From Sphaerodactylus townsendi (Eukaryota): a stretch of 64,000 nucleotides of DNA. Position numbers and translations under genes: made by a program. The stretch spans positions 32,860,001 to 32,924,000 of the forward strand of contig NC_059439.1 in assembly GCF_021028975.2 (NCBI RefSeq), given 5' to 3'. Positions 14,429 to 26,979 of this stretch are shown piece by piece. Each line of letters starts with the position of its first letter. Position 1 is the first letter of the stretch. The notes beneath the pieces were generated by a model, which saw nothing but the letters and a program-made list of their open reading frames with translations, was not told the DNA's origin and did not search any database.

Positions 14429-14950
14429 TGTAACCTCAGCTTGTGGGGTCTGTGGGGCAGAACTTGGAATGAGTTTGCAACAACAAATTTTAAAAACAAG
14501 ATGGTTTACTTTCTTAACATATAACATCAACATTTAACATCACACTTCAAGGTCCTGTTCAGGTTGCATTTTCAAGTCCTTATATTTACAGTCTACTGAT
14601 ACTGCCAAGTCCAATTCTTCTTTGCAAGTGGGTTGGCTCCTGAAGACTCCAAGGGCTTGGTGAACAGGATTCCACATGATGAAGGCTTCCAGGAGAACTC
14701 TCACCCATTACAACCCCAAAAAGAAACCCTGAAACAATAAACTCCAACATTTACAACAAAGCAAAAATAAACAACTACCTTCCCACTAGTTCCCAACAAC
14801 ATTGCAGTTACCTTAACAAGGTGTTAAGGGCTTATACAACCAAGGTCCGAGTCTGGTAGCCTTGTCTCCAAATTATGAGCTCTGCAGCCTTCTGCTGCTT
14901 TGAGTCTCCACCCCTTTCTGGGTCAACCCATTCTGAGCATGGGAGTTACA
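14429..14950 (-). mobile_element. Solo LTR in the R2 intron
   Basis: TGTAAC...GTTACA termini, 4-bp TSD agtg; minus-strand AGTAAA at about 14505. Confidence 0.7.
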
Positions 14951-15428
14951 AGTGCAAACAGCAGAGGTGTAACTCCAAGGGGACTGGGGTGGGTGGGTGC
15001 GCAACACACCGGGCATGCACCCCTGTGGGGGTTTGGTTAGGGCTTTCCGGGGGCCTGGCAGGGGCATTCTGGAGCCATGGCAAGGGTGTTCTGGGGCGGG
15101 ACGGGGGCGGAGGGCACACCAGTGTACTGGGCACTTCCCCCCCCTTGCTACGACTCAGGCAAACAGTACTGGTTGCTGCAGCTCCTTTGGTTTCTCCAAA
15201 AAGATTGCTAGTTTAGCGATTTTTGTAAAACCCGGATTGAGGGAAATACAACCGGCTGGACCCATTTGGGGGAAGAGCCCTGTGTGAAATTCTTCCCCGA
15301 AACGGGATAAACAGCTTCCTCAGCCCATTATATTTCGGCTGTGCAGAAACCCCCACTGTCACCCTTAAGTTGAGAAGCAGCCCTCATGTTTCCTTTCTTC
15401 TTCTGGGGGTCTCCCAGGTCACGCCAGG

Positions 15429-15845
15429 ATGACTCCGAAAATCTCCTTCTGGTTACTGCTCCGTTTGGCCGTCCTTCTGGCCGCTTTTCTGCTGCAGTCC
15501 AGTGAAGGGTCGAGATACCGGCATTTCCAACGGCAGCACGTTGATCATCCTCGGACCGGAGCCGCCAACGACAACGCCTACTGCAATCTCATGATGCGGC
15601 GGAGAGGCTTGACGAGAGGCCGCTGCAAACCCACCAACACCTTCATCCATAGCAGTCTCAACACCATTCGAAGTGTCTGCCAAGGGAGACGGAATCTGTG
15701 CGACAGCCGTCAGAGTTTCTCTATGACGGTTTGCCGCAACAGAGGTCGTTATCCCAGATGCAATTATGTTGGCCGGCGACACAACAGGAGAATGCGTCTG
15801 GGCTGCAGAAACGGGGTGCCTGTTCACTTCGACAGAATGCTGTAG
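15429..15845 (+). CDS. RNase A superfamily protein R2, very Arg-rich, 138 aa
   Basis: Signal peptide ending SEG; FQRQH, CKPTNTF, PVHFD; 7 Cys; 24 Arg in 111 mature residues. Confidence 0.95.
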   Translation: MTPKISFWLLLRLAVLLAAFLLQSSEGSRYRHFQRQHVDHPRTGAANDNAYCNLMMRRRGLTRGRCKPTNTFIHSSLNTIRSVCQGRRNLCDSRQSFSMTVCRNRGRYPRCNYVGRRHNRRMRLGCRNGVPVHFDRML

Positions 15846-16256
15846 GCCGCAGCCGCCCACGCTGCACCCGCAGGAAGCCAGAAACCGAAGGAAATCTTGC
15901 AGCGGCCGTGACCTAGCTCTGCTTTGCTTAATGCTTTCTCAACGATGGATCTCTGGGGCATTTCCATAGTGCACATTTAAACTCACTTCGCACGTCTTCT
16001 TTCTCCCCCGAGAATCCCAGGACTTGTCGCTGCATAGAACGGAGCTTACAGATCGCTCATGTAGAAAACGGAGATCATAGGATGCTCAGTGTTGTCATCA
16101 AATGAGAAATCCCAGGATTCTCAGGGGGGGGGGACTGAAATGGATGAGGGACTGGTATAAAATCCCCTGTGTCGATATTGAGTTGATGGAATGAATGACC
16201 TGTTATCTCAGTAGAAATAGCGCTTTTCAAGGGTATCAGTTATTATAGGCCTAATC

Positions 16257-16391
16257 AGTGGTGGCGAACCTTTGGCACTCCAGGTGTTATGGACTACAAT
16301 TCCCATCAGCCCCTGCCAATTGGCCATGCTGGCAGGGGCTGATGGGAATTGCAGTCCATAACATCCGGAGTGCCAAAGGTTCGCCACCACG
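16257..16391. mobile_element. Palindromic MITE (relatives at about 3003-3151, 43148-43292, 48180-48327)
   Basis: Whole element is an inverted repeat: ggactacaattcccatcagccc / gggctgatgggaattg(c/t)agtcc. Confidence 0.75.
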
Positions 16392-17513
16392 GGCCTAGTA
16401 CATACACTCCATTGAAGTACTGTCCACTTTACAGTGAGTTGCTACCAGTGGTGTCTTTTCCTCTATTTTTCTCCCAACAGCCCCAGGCGTCAGAAGCCTG
16501 AATGTGTTAACAGGGTTTGGTTCAGAGCTGGGCTTATCGCTGTTTCCCATAGTTTTGAGCAGCGGAAATGTTCGTAAACATTCTACAACACCTCATCAGC
16601 TAAGCAAGTTCAGTCCACCGAAGCTAGAATTCTCACAACCAAGAGCAGTAGAGCAGTGGTGGGATTCAAATAATTTAACAACCGGTTGTTTACAAGCACC
16701 GTTTTAACAACCGGCTCTGCCAAAGTGGTGCGAACCGGCTGAATTCCACCGCTGCAAGAGAGGCTTCAAACACCGCAGGGCATATTTGACTCAAGAGTCA
16801 TCTTACACTGAGGTTATCTAATAGCAAAGTGGTCAAAAGTGTCGGGCACTTAAAAAAAACCCACAGTGCCCTGTTCTTTGTTACTTTCCATGCACTATTT
16901 ACGTCTCTGCAGTCATTCCTGTGTCCCAACCATAAGAGATGCCAACCTCCAGCTGGGACCTGGAGATCATCCAGAATTCCAGCTGTTCTCCAGACAAGAG
17001 ATCAGTCCCTCTGGAGAACATGGCCGTTGGAGGGTGGGTTCTAGGACATTATACTCCTCAGAGCTCCTTCTGCTCCCCAAACTCTGCCTTCCCGAGGCAC
17101 CACCAACAAATCTCTGGGAATCTCCCAACCGTGGAGTTGGCAGCCCCACATGGAATGCCCGTTGACCCAAACAAGGCTTTGCCTTGAAAATATAAGTAAC
17201 CGCAGGCCTCCTGACGTTGTTTCCTCCTGTCCTCTGGGATTCATTAGGAGCATTATAAACCATCTCCTCCGCTCACCCTACAGATGAGCCCGGAACGCTC
17301 CCCTCCCTTCCCCATTCCTCTCCCAGTAATATGGAGGGAACACTGTGTCACCAGGATGAAGAGCGTTTGCTGCTGCCTCGCTTTGTTTTGCTTTACCCAA
17401 TAAATCCTTGCAGCAAATGAAAAAAAACCTAGTGTTTGTGTCTTCTTGTGTGTGTGGGACCTAATCCACTGAGATGTGCTGGGTTTACCGCTCCTTCCTA
17501 GAAGGGTCATAGC

Positions 17514-17892
17514 CAGAGGGGGGATCCAGCAGGTTCTCACAAGTTCCCGTGATAGGTTACTAATTATTTGTGTGTGCCGAGAGGGGGTGACCAATGGGTG
17601 ATTTTGCCACGTGGTTTTTGCCTTAGTTACGCCCCTCCTCTCAGCAGTAGCGCGCAGAACTTGAAGCAGTCTAGCAGGAGGTGCACCGGTGTGCGTGGCA
17701 GCCTGCGCCTGCGTGCATTTGTTTCCCACCCAAGGACCGGTGCAACGGCGGCTGCGTCCTTGCCACAGCCCCGCCCCCGGAATGCCCAACCATGCCCCCA
17801 TCATGCCCCGCCCAGCCCCATTGGCGCTACGCCACAGTTTGAATCCCACCACCATGGGAACCTGTTACTAAAAATTTTGGATCCCACCACTG
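17514..17892 (-). mobile_element. hAT MITE family A
   Basis: 8-bp TSD gtcatagc; empty site in paralogous units. Confidence 0.85.
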
Positions 17893-18526
17893 GTCATAGC
17901 CAGCCTCCGTTGCTTGGTGGGGCTGCCAGATCTTCAGCAGAAAGGGACAGAGAGTGGTCTTAGTGGGGGGGCTGATGTCCAGGGCTTCTCTGAAGAAGAG
18001 GGGGGATGTGTGGAGAAGGACCGAGCTCTGGTCCTCGGTCTGCTTGGTGGGACTTCCAGATCTCCTAGTTGCTGAGTAAGACTTCAAAAAGTGGGCAACA
18101 GAAGCTGAATCTTGTGGTTTTTATTACTAGGATGAAGGGGTGATTATAAAATAGGGGGACGCCAACAGCCTCATGAAGTATCGGGGGCCAGTGCCCACAA
18201 ACAGCCCTGGAGAAGAATTTGCCTAAAACCCTGCAGAAGAATTTGCACTCTGTCTCCACGCAGGGGCCTTGTGGTGTGGTGGTTCCCACTTTGAAGTATC
18301 TGCCACGTCCCTGCTCGGTATGAGGGTCACTGGGTAAGGCTCAAGGCTGCAACCATAGCTTGTTGACCAATAGAGGTGACCATAGCCTGAGCTAAGCGAA
18401 AGGGCACTCCGTCCTCTCTAGAATACCTGTAGGACCCAGCCAGGAATTTCCCCAGAGATGTCCTTGAAAGTTTACAAAAAGCAATTTGCATTTAATGGAT
18501 GAGAAGTAGTTGTCTGCATATGGAAC

Positions 18527-19198
18527 ATAGGAACATAAGAACAAGCCAGCTGGATCAGACCAGAGTCCATCTAGTCCAGCTCTCTGCTACTCACAGTGGC
18601 CCACCAGGTGCCTTTGGGAGCTCACCTGCAGGATGTGAGCACTTAATGGTCTTCTCTTTGAAACATTGCTCTCGAGCACTACCTGGACCTGTTAAGGCAT
18701 TTGTTACAATCTCTCAGATCCAAAAAGAAGTTCAAGATTGGTAGCCATAGAATGCGACTTCTCACTCCCCGCTAAAATCTGTCCAGAAGCCCTTTTTAAA
18801 GCTATCCCAGGTTAGTGGCCCATCACCACCTCCTGCTGGCAGCATATTCCAAACACCAATCCTGCGTTAGCATTGAAGAGGAGTGTTTCGGCTTTTGTGA
18901 GTCCTAATTCTTCCCCAGCATTTTCAATGAATGCCCCCTGGTTCTAGTATTGTGAGAAAGAGAGAAAAATTTCTCTCTGTCAACATTTTCTACCCCATGC
19001 ATAATTTTATAGACTTCAATCATATCCCCCCTCAGACGTCTCCTCTCCAAACTAAAGCGTCCCAAACGCTGCAGCCTCTCCTCATAGGGAAGGTGCTCCA
19101 GTCCCTCAATCATCCTCGTTGCCCTTCTCTGCACTTTTCCTATCTCTTCAATATCCTTTTTGAGATGTGGCGACCAGAACTGAACACAGGACTCCAAG
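18527..19198 (-). mobile_element. CR1 LINE 3' fragment
   Basis: CVQFWSPHLKKDIE..VQRRAT..LPYEERL..SLERRRLRGDMI; (TTCTTATG)n tail. Confidence 0.9.
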
Positions 19199-20480
19199 TT
19201 TTTGGTTAATCAAAGAAGTTTCTGGTTGATCAAAGAAAGACCAGCCACAGGGGGCAGTCTCCCAAACTCGTCACAAAACTATAGTCCCCCGTGCTCAGCT
19301 CAGGCGGCGCTGTTTACAGGTACTATCCAGAGAATGCTGAGGTGGTCCTGAAAACCAAATATCCCTCTTCGGTCACCTTGACTGTGAGTGTAACAGGTTG
19401 TTAAGGAGAGGTAGATGGAGATAGCTGGCTACTCATTACAAGCATGTAAAACTGTGATTATCTATGAAAACATTGTAAGCAGAAAACCCATCACTTAGTT
19501 GCAGATAGTTGGCCTTTTGCCCAATGTTTTCATAGATTTCCTCAGATAGGTGGCGAGCAGTGGCGTAGCGCCCAGGGGTGGGGCGTGATACACCAGGCAT
19601 TTGCCGGTGCGTGGGCGTGCCGTGGGCATGGTGTGAGCGGGTGGGGGAATGGCAAGGGCACGGGGCGAATTCACGCCCTGGGTGCAGTTCCCCCTCGCTT
19701 CGCCCCGGTGGTGTCATAAATTAAGGAACATAGGAGAAGTTGAAAGGTTAGCAAATAAGATTAGATTTATTCAAAGGGAGAAAAAGAAAGATGTCTTTAA
19801 GATGCTTTGGCCATCTTAAGGGAANNNNNNNNNNNNNNNNNNNNNNNNNNNNNNNNNNNNNNNNNNNNNNNNNNNNNNNNNNNNNNNNNNNNNNNNNNNN
19901 NNNNNNNNNNNNNNNNNNNNNNNNNNNNNNNNNNNNNNNNNNNNNNNNNNNNNNNNNNNNNNNNNNNNNNNNNNNNNNNNNNNNNNNNNNNNNNNNNNNN
20001 NNNNNNNNNNNNNNNNNNNNNNNNNNNNNAGGTTTTTCTCTTTCTCCTCAAGAATAGGGGACATAAAATAAAAACAGGCTGAGTAAAGTCTCTTTTCCCA
20101 TCTCCTACAGTGTTTGTGTTGGATAGGAGACTGAATACCTGGAACGCTGCAGTTCAAATTTTACTTCTGCTACAAGCAAACAGCAATTTTAAAAATCTAT
20201 GAAATGTCAATGAAAATCAAAACTAGAGCAGCACTATTAGGAGAACATCATGAAACAAACCTTGCTGATTGTATTTGGTGAAATGTAAGAAAGCACTTAC
20301 GAAAGAAATTGAGCCATACAAAACAAGAAAAAATTAGAATCACGGAATTACGTATTTAAATGAAAAGGCGACACTTTTCATAGAGAAGGATTATGTGCAC
20401 TCAGTTGTTATTTTTATATCCTCTGATGTCCTCTCTCTTGCCTGCCATTGGTGCCTTACTCGGCAATGGTGAGATGTAGC

Positions 20481-21068
20481 CAGTGGTGGGATCCAAAAAT
20501 TTTAGAAACAGGTTCCCATGGTGGTGGGATTCAAACAGTAGCATAGCGCCAATGGGGCTGGGCAGGGCACGATGGGGGCATAGCTGGGCATTCCGGGGGC
20601 AGGGCATTAATAATTTCTCTGTTTCTGTAAAAAACTTTTACTGTAAAAAAAAGTTCCTAATTTCCAGCTGGTATCTTTCTGTCCATAATTTAAACTCATT
20701 ATAGCAAGTCCTATCGTCTACTGCCAACAGAAACAACTACTTCTCCTCTAATTGACTGCCTGTCAAATACTTAATACTTTCAAATACTTAATTTTGTTTC
20801 TAGAAATCAAAAGAAATATACTTTCTTTAAACACGGAACTTTACCATATTTCTAAAACATGTTTTTGAAACAGCCCAACAGGGAGAATTATCCCGTTTTC
20901 TACCTTCGCTAACCAGCCACATAGGAAACAACAGGACTTTATGATTTTTGGACCTAATGGGATTTCTAACGGAAAAGCAGACCCAATTAGTAACCCCCTC
21001 TCGGCACACACAAATAATTAGTAACCCACTCTCGGGAACTGGTGAGAACCTGCTGGATCCCACCTCTG
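20481..21068 (+). mobile_element. hAT MITE family A variant
   Basis: 8-bp TSD gatgtagc; similar to 59321-59882. Confidence 0.85.
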
Positions 21069-21668
21069 GATGTAGCCAACCCTTAGCTTACAGGCCTGGG
21101 GCAGTGGCTGGTTTCCTGTCTCTTTTCCCCTTTTCCTGAGTGGAGAAATCGCTGAGGAATTTGCTTTGCAAGACCCAAAAGCCCTGCCCCATTTGCAGTG
21201 GCACAATGAATTAGGCCTACGGACCCAAGACTGGCATTTTCAAATCCACATAATTCTGAGTGCACAAAAGACGTAGACCTGAGCCCATCAGACTGAGGAC
21301 CAGAGCTCTGTCCTTCTCCGCACATCCCCCCCCCTCTTCTTCAGAGAAGCCCTGGACATCAGCCCCCCCCCCCCACTAAGACCATGCTCTGTCCCTTTCT
21401 ACTGAAGATCTGGCAGCCCCACCAAGCAACGGAGGCTGGCTATGACCCTTCTTGGAAGGAGTGGAACCCCAAGCACATATCGGTGGATTAGAAATTAGGT
21501 GCCACACACACAAGAAAACACAAACACTAGTTTTTTTCATTTGCTGCAAGGATTTATTGGGTAAAGCAAAATAAAGCGAGGCACTAGCAAACACTCTTCA
21601 TCCTGATGACACAATGTTCCCTCCATATTACTGGGAGATGAATGGGGAAGGGAGGGGAATCTGTTGGG

Positions 21669-22167
21669 CAGTGATGGCGAACCTTTTTGAGACCGAGTGC
21701 CCAAATTGCAACCCAAAACCCACTTATTTATTACAAAGTGCCAACACGGCAATTTAACCTAAATACTGAGGTTTTCGTTTAGAAAAAGCGGTTGGCTCAG
21801 AGGTGTGCGTTACTCGGGAGTAAGCTTGGTGGTAGTCAGTGGCTTTGCTTTGAAGCATCCGTGCAACTCTTCCAATGGGTGGATCATGAGCCTAAGAGGG
21901 TTTAATCAGAAGCAAGCCCCATGGCCAGCAACCAAGCTTACTCCCAGGTAAAGGATCATGCTTCAGTTCTTCGCATGAAAATCAGTGAGGTTTAACAGTG
22001 CTTAACAGGGTTACCTACACTGCTTCCCCAAACTATGTCTTAGGTTTAATGCTAATAATTGACGCCAGCGGTCCAGGCCAGCCTAGATGTGTGTGTATGG
22101 GGGGAGTGCGACTCTGTTTGCTCGTGCCCACAGAGAGGGCACCCGTGCCATAGGTTTGCCACCACTG
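21669..22167 (-). mobile_element. hAT MITE family B
   Basis: Same family; TSD ctgt(t/a)ggg. Confidence 0.8.
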
Positions 22168-23392
22168 CTGTAGGGTGACTAGAGGAGAAGGGTTGTAACG
22201 CTTGTAAGGAACCCCAGAGGACAGGAGAAAACAACATCAGGAGGCTTGCGGTTACTTATATCTTTAAGGCAAAGCCTTGTTTGGGTCAATGGGCATTCCA
22301 TGTGGGGCTGCCAACTCCAGGTTGGGAGATTCCCGGAGATTTGTTGGTGGTGCCTCAGGAAGGCAGGGTTTGGGAAGCAGAAGGAGCTCTGAAGGATATA
22401 ACGTCCTAGAATCCACCCTCCAAGCTACCATGTTCTCCAGGGGGACTGATCACTTGCCTGGAGAACAGCTGGGATTCTGGATGATCTCCAGGTCCCAGCT
22501 GGAGGTTGGCATCTCCTATGGGTGGGACACAGGCATGACTGCAGAGACGTAAATAGTGCATGGCAATTAACGAAGAACTGGGCACTATGATTTTTTCAAA
22601 AGTGCCCAACACTTTTGACCACTCTGCTGTTAGTTAAGCTCAGCGGAAGATGACTCTTGAGGCAAATATGCCCTGCGGTGTTTGAAGCCCCTATTGCTCT
22701 TGGTTGTGAGAATTGTAGCTTCGGTGGACTGAAATTGAAGAAGAAGAAGAAGAAGAGTTTGGATTTATATCCCCCCTTTCTCTCCTGCAAGGAGACTCAA
22801 AGGGGCTTACAATCTCCTTGCCCTTCCCCCCTCACAACAAACACCCTGTGAGGTAGGTGGGGCTGAGAGAGCTCCGAGAAGCTGTGACTAGCCCAAGGTC
22901 ACCCAGCTGGCATGTGTGGGAGTGCATAGGCTAATCTGAATTCCCCAGATAAGCCTCCACAGCTCAAGCGGCAGAGCGGGGAATCAAACCCGGTTCCTCC
23001 AGATTAGAGACACGAGCTCTTAACCTCCTACGCCACTGCTGCTGTCAACTGAATATTGACACAGGTGATTTTATACCAGTCCCTCAACCATTTCAGTCCC
23101 CCCACCCCACCCCGGAATCCTGGAATTTCTCATTTGAAGACAGCACTGAGCATTCTTTAAGCTCCGTTTTATACATGAGCGATCTATAAGCTCCATTCTA
23201 TACAGCGACAAGTCCTGGGATTCTCGGGGGGAGAAAGAAGACCTGCTAAGTGAGTTTAAATGTGCTCTATGGAAATGCCCCAGAGATCCATTGTTGAGAA
23301 AGCATTAAGCGAAGCAGAGCTAGGTCGTGGCCGCTGCAGGATTTCCTTCGGTTTCTGGCTTCCTGCGGGTGCATCGTGTGGGCGGCTGCGGC

Positions 23393-23830
23393 CTACCGGA
23401 GTCCAGCGAGGTGAACAGGCATCCTGTTTACACAGGACACCCTAACTCTCCGGTTCTGTCGCCGGCCACGATAATTGCAATTAGGATAACGACCTCTACT
23501 GCGGCAGAGGGTGACACGATAACGCCGTCTGCTGTCATACCGATCCCGAGTGCGAGGCACCTTGGTCCCTCCCCCTCGGCAGATATGCTGAATGCTGCCG
23601 GGACTGCTATGGATGAAGGTGTTGGTGCGTTTGCAGGTGCGTCTCATCATGCCTCTCCGCTGCATCATGAGATTGCAGTAGGCGTTGGCGTTGGCTGCCT
23701 GGGTCTGAGGATGATCAATGTGCTTCCGTGCGAAATCCCGGTATCTGGCCCCTTCGCTGGACTGCAGCAGAAGAACAGCCAGAAGGACGGCCAAACGGAG
23801 CAGCAGCCAGGAGGAGATTTTCGGAGACAT
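23393..23830 (-). CDS. RNase A superfamily protein R3, very Arg-rich, 145 aa (true start MSPKISS inside the listed 230-aa ORF)
   Basis: Leader homologous to R2 and preceded by ctcccag...ccag-gATG acceptor; FARKH, CKRTNTF, PVHL; 6 Cys; 27 Arg. Confidence 0.95.
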   Translation of the reverse strand: MSPKISSWLLLRLAVLLAVLLLQSSEGARYRDFARKHIDHPQTQAANANAYCNLMMQRRGMMRRTCKRTNTFIHSSPGSIQHICRGGGTKVPRTRDRYDSRRRYRVTLCRSRGRYPNCNYRGRRQNRRVRVSCVNRMPVHLAGLR

Positions 23831-24289
23831 CCTGGTGGGACCTGGGAGACCCCCAGAAGAAGACAGGAAACATGAGGGTTGCTTCTCAAGCTTAAGGGTG
23901 ACAATGGGGGTTTCTACACAGCTGAAATATAATGGGCTGAGGAAGCTGGTTATCCCGTTTCGGGGAAGAATTTCACACAGGGCTCTTCCTTCAAAGAATT
24001 TCACACAGGGCTCTTCCAGCCAGTTGTATTTCTCTACCGAAAATAGCCCCGAGGGCAAGCCCTGAAATTGCACCCCCCCCCCCATGGGCAGGTCTTCCCC
24101 ATCTTGGAACCAGCTCTCCAGTGGCCAGGTCTACCATTATTTTCACTCACAGGTAACCAGCTCTCCAGAGGACTGGTCTACCCACCATTAAGAAGTATTG
24201 GTAGATTAGGTTTTCGTGTAGGCCAGGTCTACCCATTACTTTCAAAGGCAGGTAACCAGCTTTCTGGTGGCCTGGTCTACCCACTTTTA

Positions 24290-24291
24290 TT

Positions 24292-24350
<59 letters not shown>

Positions 24351-24352
24351 TA
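24290..24352 (+). repeat. (CAT)n microsatellite
   Basis: Direct reading. Confidence 0.95.
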
Positions 24353-25762
24353 TCATTCTCAATATTGATGATTATCATTATCNNNNNNNNNNNNNNNNNN
24401 NNNNNNNNNNNNNNNNNNNNNNNNNNNNNNNNNNNNNNNNNNNNNNNNNNNNNNNNNNNNNNNNNNNNNNNNNNNNNNNNNNNNNNNNNNNNNNNNNNNN
24501 NNNNNNNNNNNNNNNNNNNNNNNNNNNNNNNNNNNNNNNNNNNNNNNNNNNNNNNNNNNNNNNNNNNNNNNNNNNNNNNNNNNNNNNNNNNNNNNNNNNN
24601 NNNNNNNNNNNNNNNNNNNNNNNNNNNNNNNNNNNNNNNNNNNNNNNNNNNNNNNNNNNNNNNNNNNNNNNNNNNNNNNNNNNNNNNNNNNNNNNNNNNN
24701 NNNNNNNNNNNNNNNNNNNNNNNNNNNNNNNNNNNNNNNNNNNNNNNNNNNNNNNNNNNNNNNNNNNNNNNNNNNNNNNNNNNCCCGAAGGGCTCTGGGC
24801 GGTGTACAACAAAATCACAACTAAAACAATGTGCACAATAAATAAGTGGTAAATAGTTAAAATACATAACTCAGAATAAGCAGCATTCTAAAACCCAGTA
24901 AAACAATATTAATAATACTAATGATGGCTCCCAGTCCCAAGGCCGGGAGGGGACAGACAGTCTACCCATTGTGTCTTAATGGCAGGTAGATCAGCCCTCT
25001 GAGTGACACAGCAGCCTGGGCGCCCCTGGGAAAGTTGTGCCCAGGGCTCACACCTGACTTGCCCCACCCTAAATACGCCACTGTCCTCCCTGGGCTCCAC
25101 ACTCAAAATCCCCAGGAATTCCCCAACCATTCTATTACCCCCACTTTCCCGCCATGTGGCTCTGAAACAGCACAGCTGCATTTTCAGAGCACTCAAAACT
25201 TTATTTCCCTTTCAAACATATCGTGTCAGTTCCCAATTCTGTCCGTTGCTTTCTCTTAGGGGTTTCTGGGTCTCTTTCCCCCATAACAAGAATACCTGAA
25301 AGGACAACCCATCCTTTCCTTCATGTCTGCTGTGTTCATGGGCAGGAATCCTCACAGGGAATCTTTGGAGCTCTTCCACCCTCTGTTGATCCTCACCTGA
25401 GAATGAGTGGGCGCCCCTTGAAAACAGTCAGCTGGTACTTTCCACATCTTAACATGAGAGTTGCTGGCACCTGAACAGCCATTTTGTCCTCTTCAGGACA
25501 CAGTATAGTTTTTGGTCTCCCCAAATATGCTGCATATTGTCAGAGATCAGCTCTGAAGTGAGTTAATTACACAATCCTCTGAAGTGTTGAGCCAGTGAAG
25601 GCTGATTCTACACTTTGTTTATCACGACAACGCCCCACTGAATTTGACTTACTCTGAGGTAAAGATCGTATCCTTATAAAGTGATACCTGGCACATTTAT
25701 CCAGGCTGTCAATCCCACTGAATTTAATGAGATTTACTTCTAGCTACATGGACGAAGGACTG

Positions 25763-26075
25763 CTGTGGCGTAGGAGGTTAAGAGCTCGTGTATCTAATCT
25801 GGAGGAACCGGGTTTGATTCCCAGCTCTGCCGCCTGAGCTGTGGAGGCTTATCTGGGGAATTCAGATTAGCCTGTACACTCCCACGCACGCCAGCTGGGT
25901 GACCTTGGGCTAGTCACAGCTTCTCGGAGCTCTCTCAGCCCCACCTACCTCACAGGGTGTTTGTTGTGAGGGGGGAAGGGCAAGGAGATTATCAGCCCCT
26001 TTGAGTCTCCTGCAGGAGAGAAAGGGGGGATATAAATCCAAACTCCTCCTCCTCCTCCTCCTCTTCTTCTTCTTC
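25763..26075 (+). mobile_element. tRNA-derived SINE, Squam3-like (young copies also at about 4667-4945, 6340-6630, 10790-11058, 22737-23043, 35737-36035, 37709-37971, 47881-48163, 48951-49231, 58858-59140)
   Basis: A-box tggcgtaggagg, B-box ggtttgattccc, about 300 bp, (CTT)n tail, many near-identical copies. Confidence 0.85.
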
Positions 26076-26542
26076 TGGCATACAGTGGAATCCCAAGCAC
26101 ATTTATTGAGAGGAATATTCTTTTTTGTTCTTTTTCCCTGCAGCCAGAGTGGTGGACTCTAATCTGGAGACCCAGTTTTGTTTCCCCACTCCTCCACATG
26201 AAGCCTGCTGGGTGACCTTGGGCCAGTCACAGTTCTCTCAGAACTCTCTCAGGCCCACCTGCCTCACAGGGTATCGGTTGTGGGGAGGGAAAGGGAAGGT
26301 GATTGTAAGCTGTTTTAAGACTCCTTAAAGGTAGAGAATCACAGGGTATGTGACCCAACTCTTGTTCGTCTCGTCAAAATAAAGTCTAGATCTGATAGAA
26401 GTGGTAAAGGTTGCTTCATGGTTTTGTGCCACCACTGCAAAGACCCTGCCTCTGGTATCCGCCGCCCCCTGATCTCTGAAATTAGGAACTCTTGAAGCGA
26501 TTTCATACAGGAGAATTTAAGCCCAGATCATAGGCTCCTCTA

Positions 26543-26740
26543 ACTTACCCACGGTTGGTCTTGCCTGATTTGATGAACACCTGAAGATGCTGAAGGATGG
26601 ATTTTGCACTCCCAGGGCTCTTTCTCAACCTGCCCTCTGAGATTATATAGATTTCTGTCGGTTCAGGGGCAGGGTCAAAAAAGGAGGAACGTTCAGCCAC
26701 TTGCCACATCAGGAATGTGAAAGAATGGCGCAAGGGGGGG
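26543..26740 (-). promoter_or_regulatory. Promoter and non-coding exon 1 of R3
   Basis: Reverse-strand ctatataa at 26643-26650, donor GTAAGT at 26548-26543; inverted together with R3. Confidence 0.75.
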
Positions 26741-26979
26741 ATGAAGGTTTCCACAGATATTTTCTCTGGTGGCTTCTTGGATCCCCGAAATAACAGACAT
26801 TTACTTCCCGCACTTCAAAAAAGCTAAGTTGAGAAATGGTATCTTGCCCAAAACCTCTTAACCGGGAGGGAGTCCAGGACAAGAAAGAAGAACTTGCTTG
26901 TGAGAGGTCGGGACCAGTGATGGGATTCAAATAGTTTAACAACCGGTTCCGTTATGGGATTCAAATAATTTAACTGGTT

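Noticed and set aside
25763-25835. tRNA-like heads with A and B boxes
   Set aside because: They are SINE 5' ends, not tRNA genes
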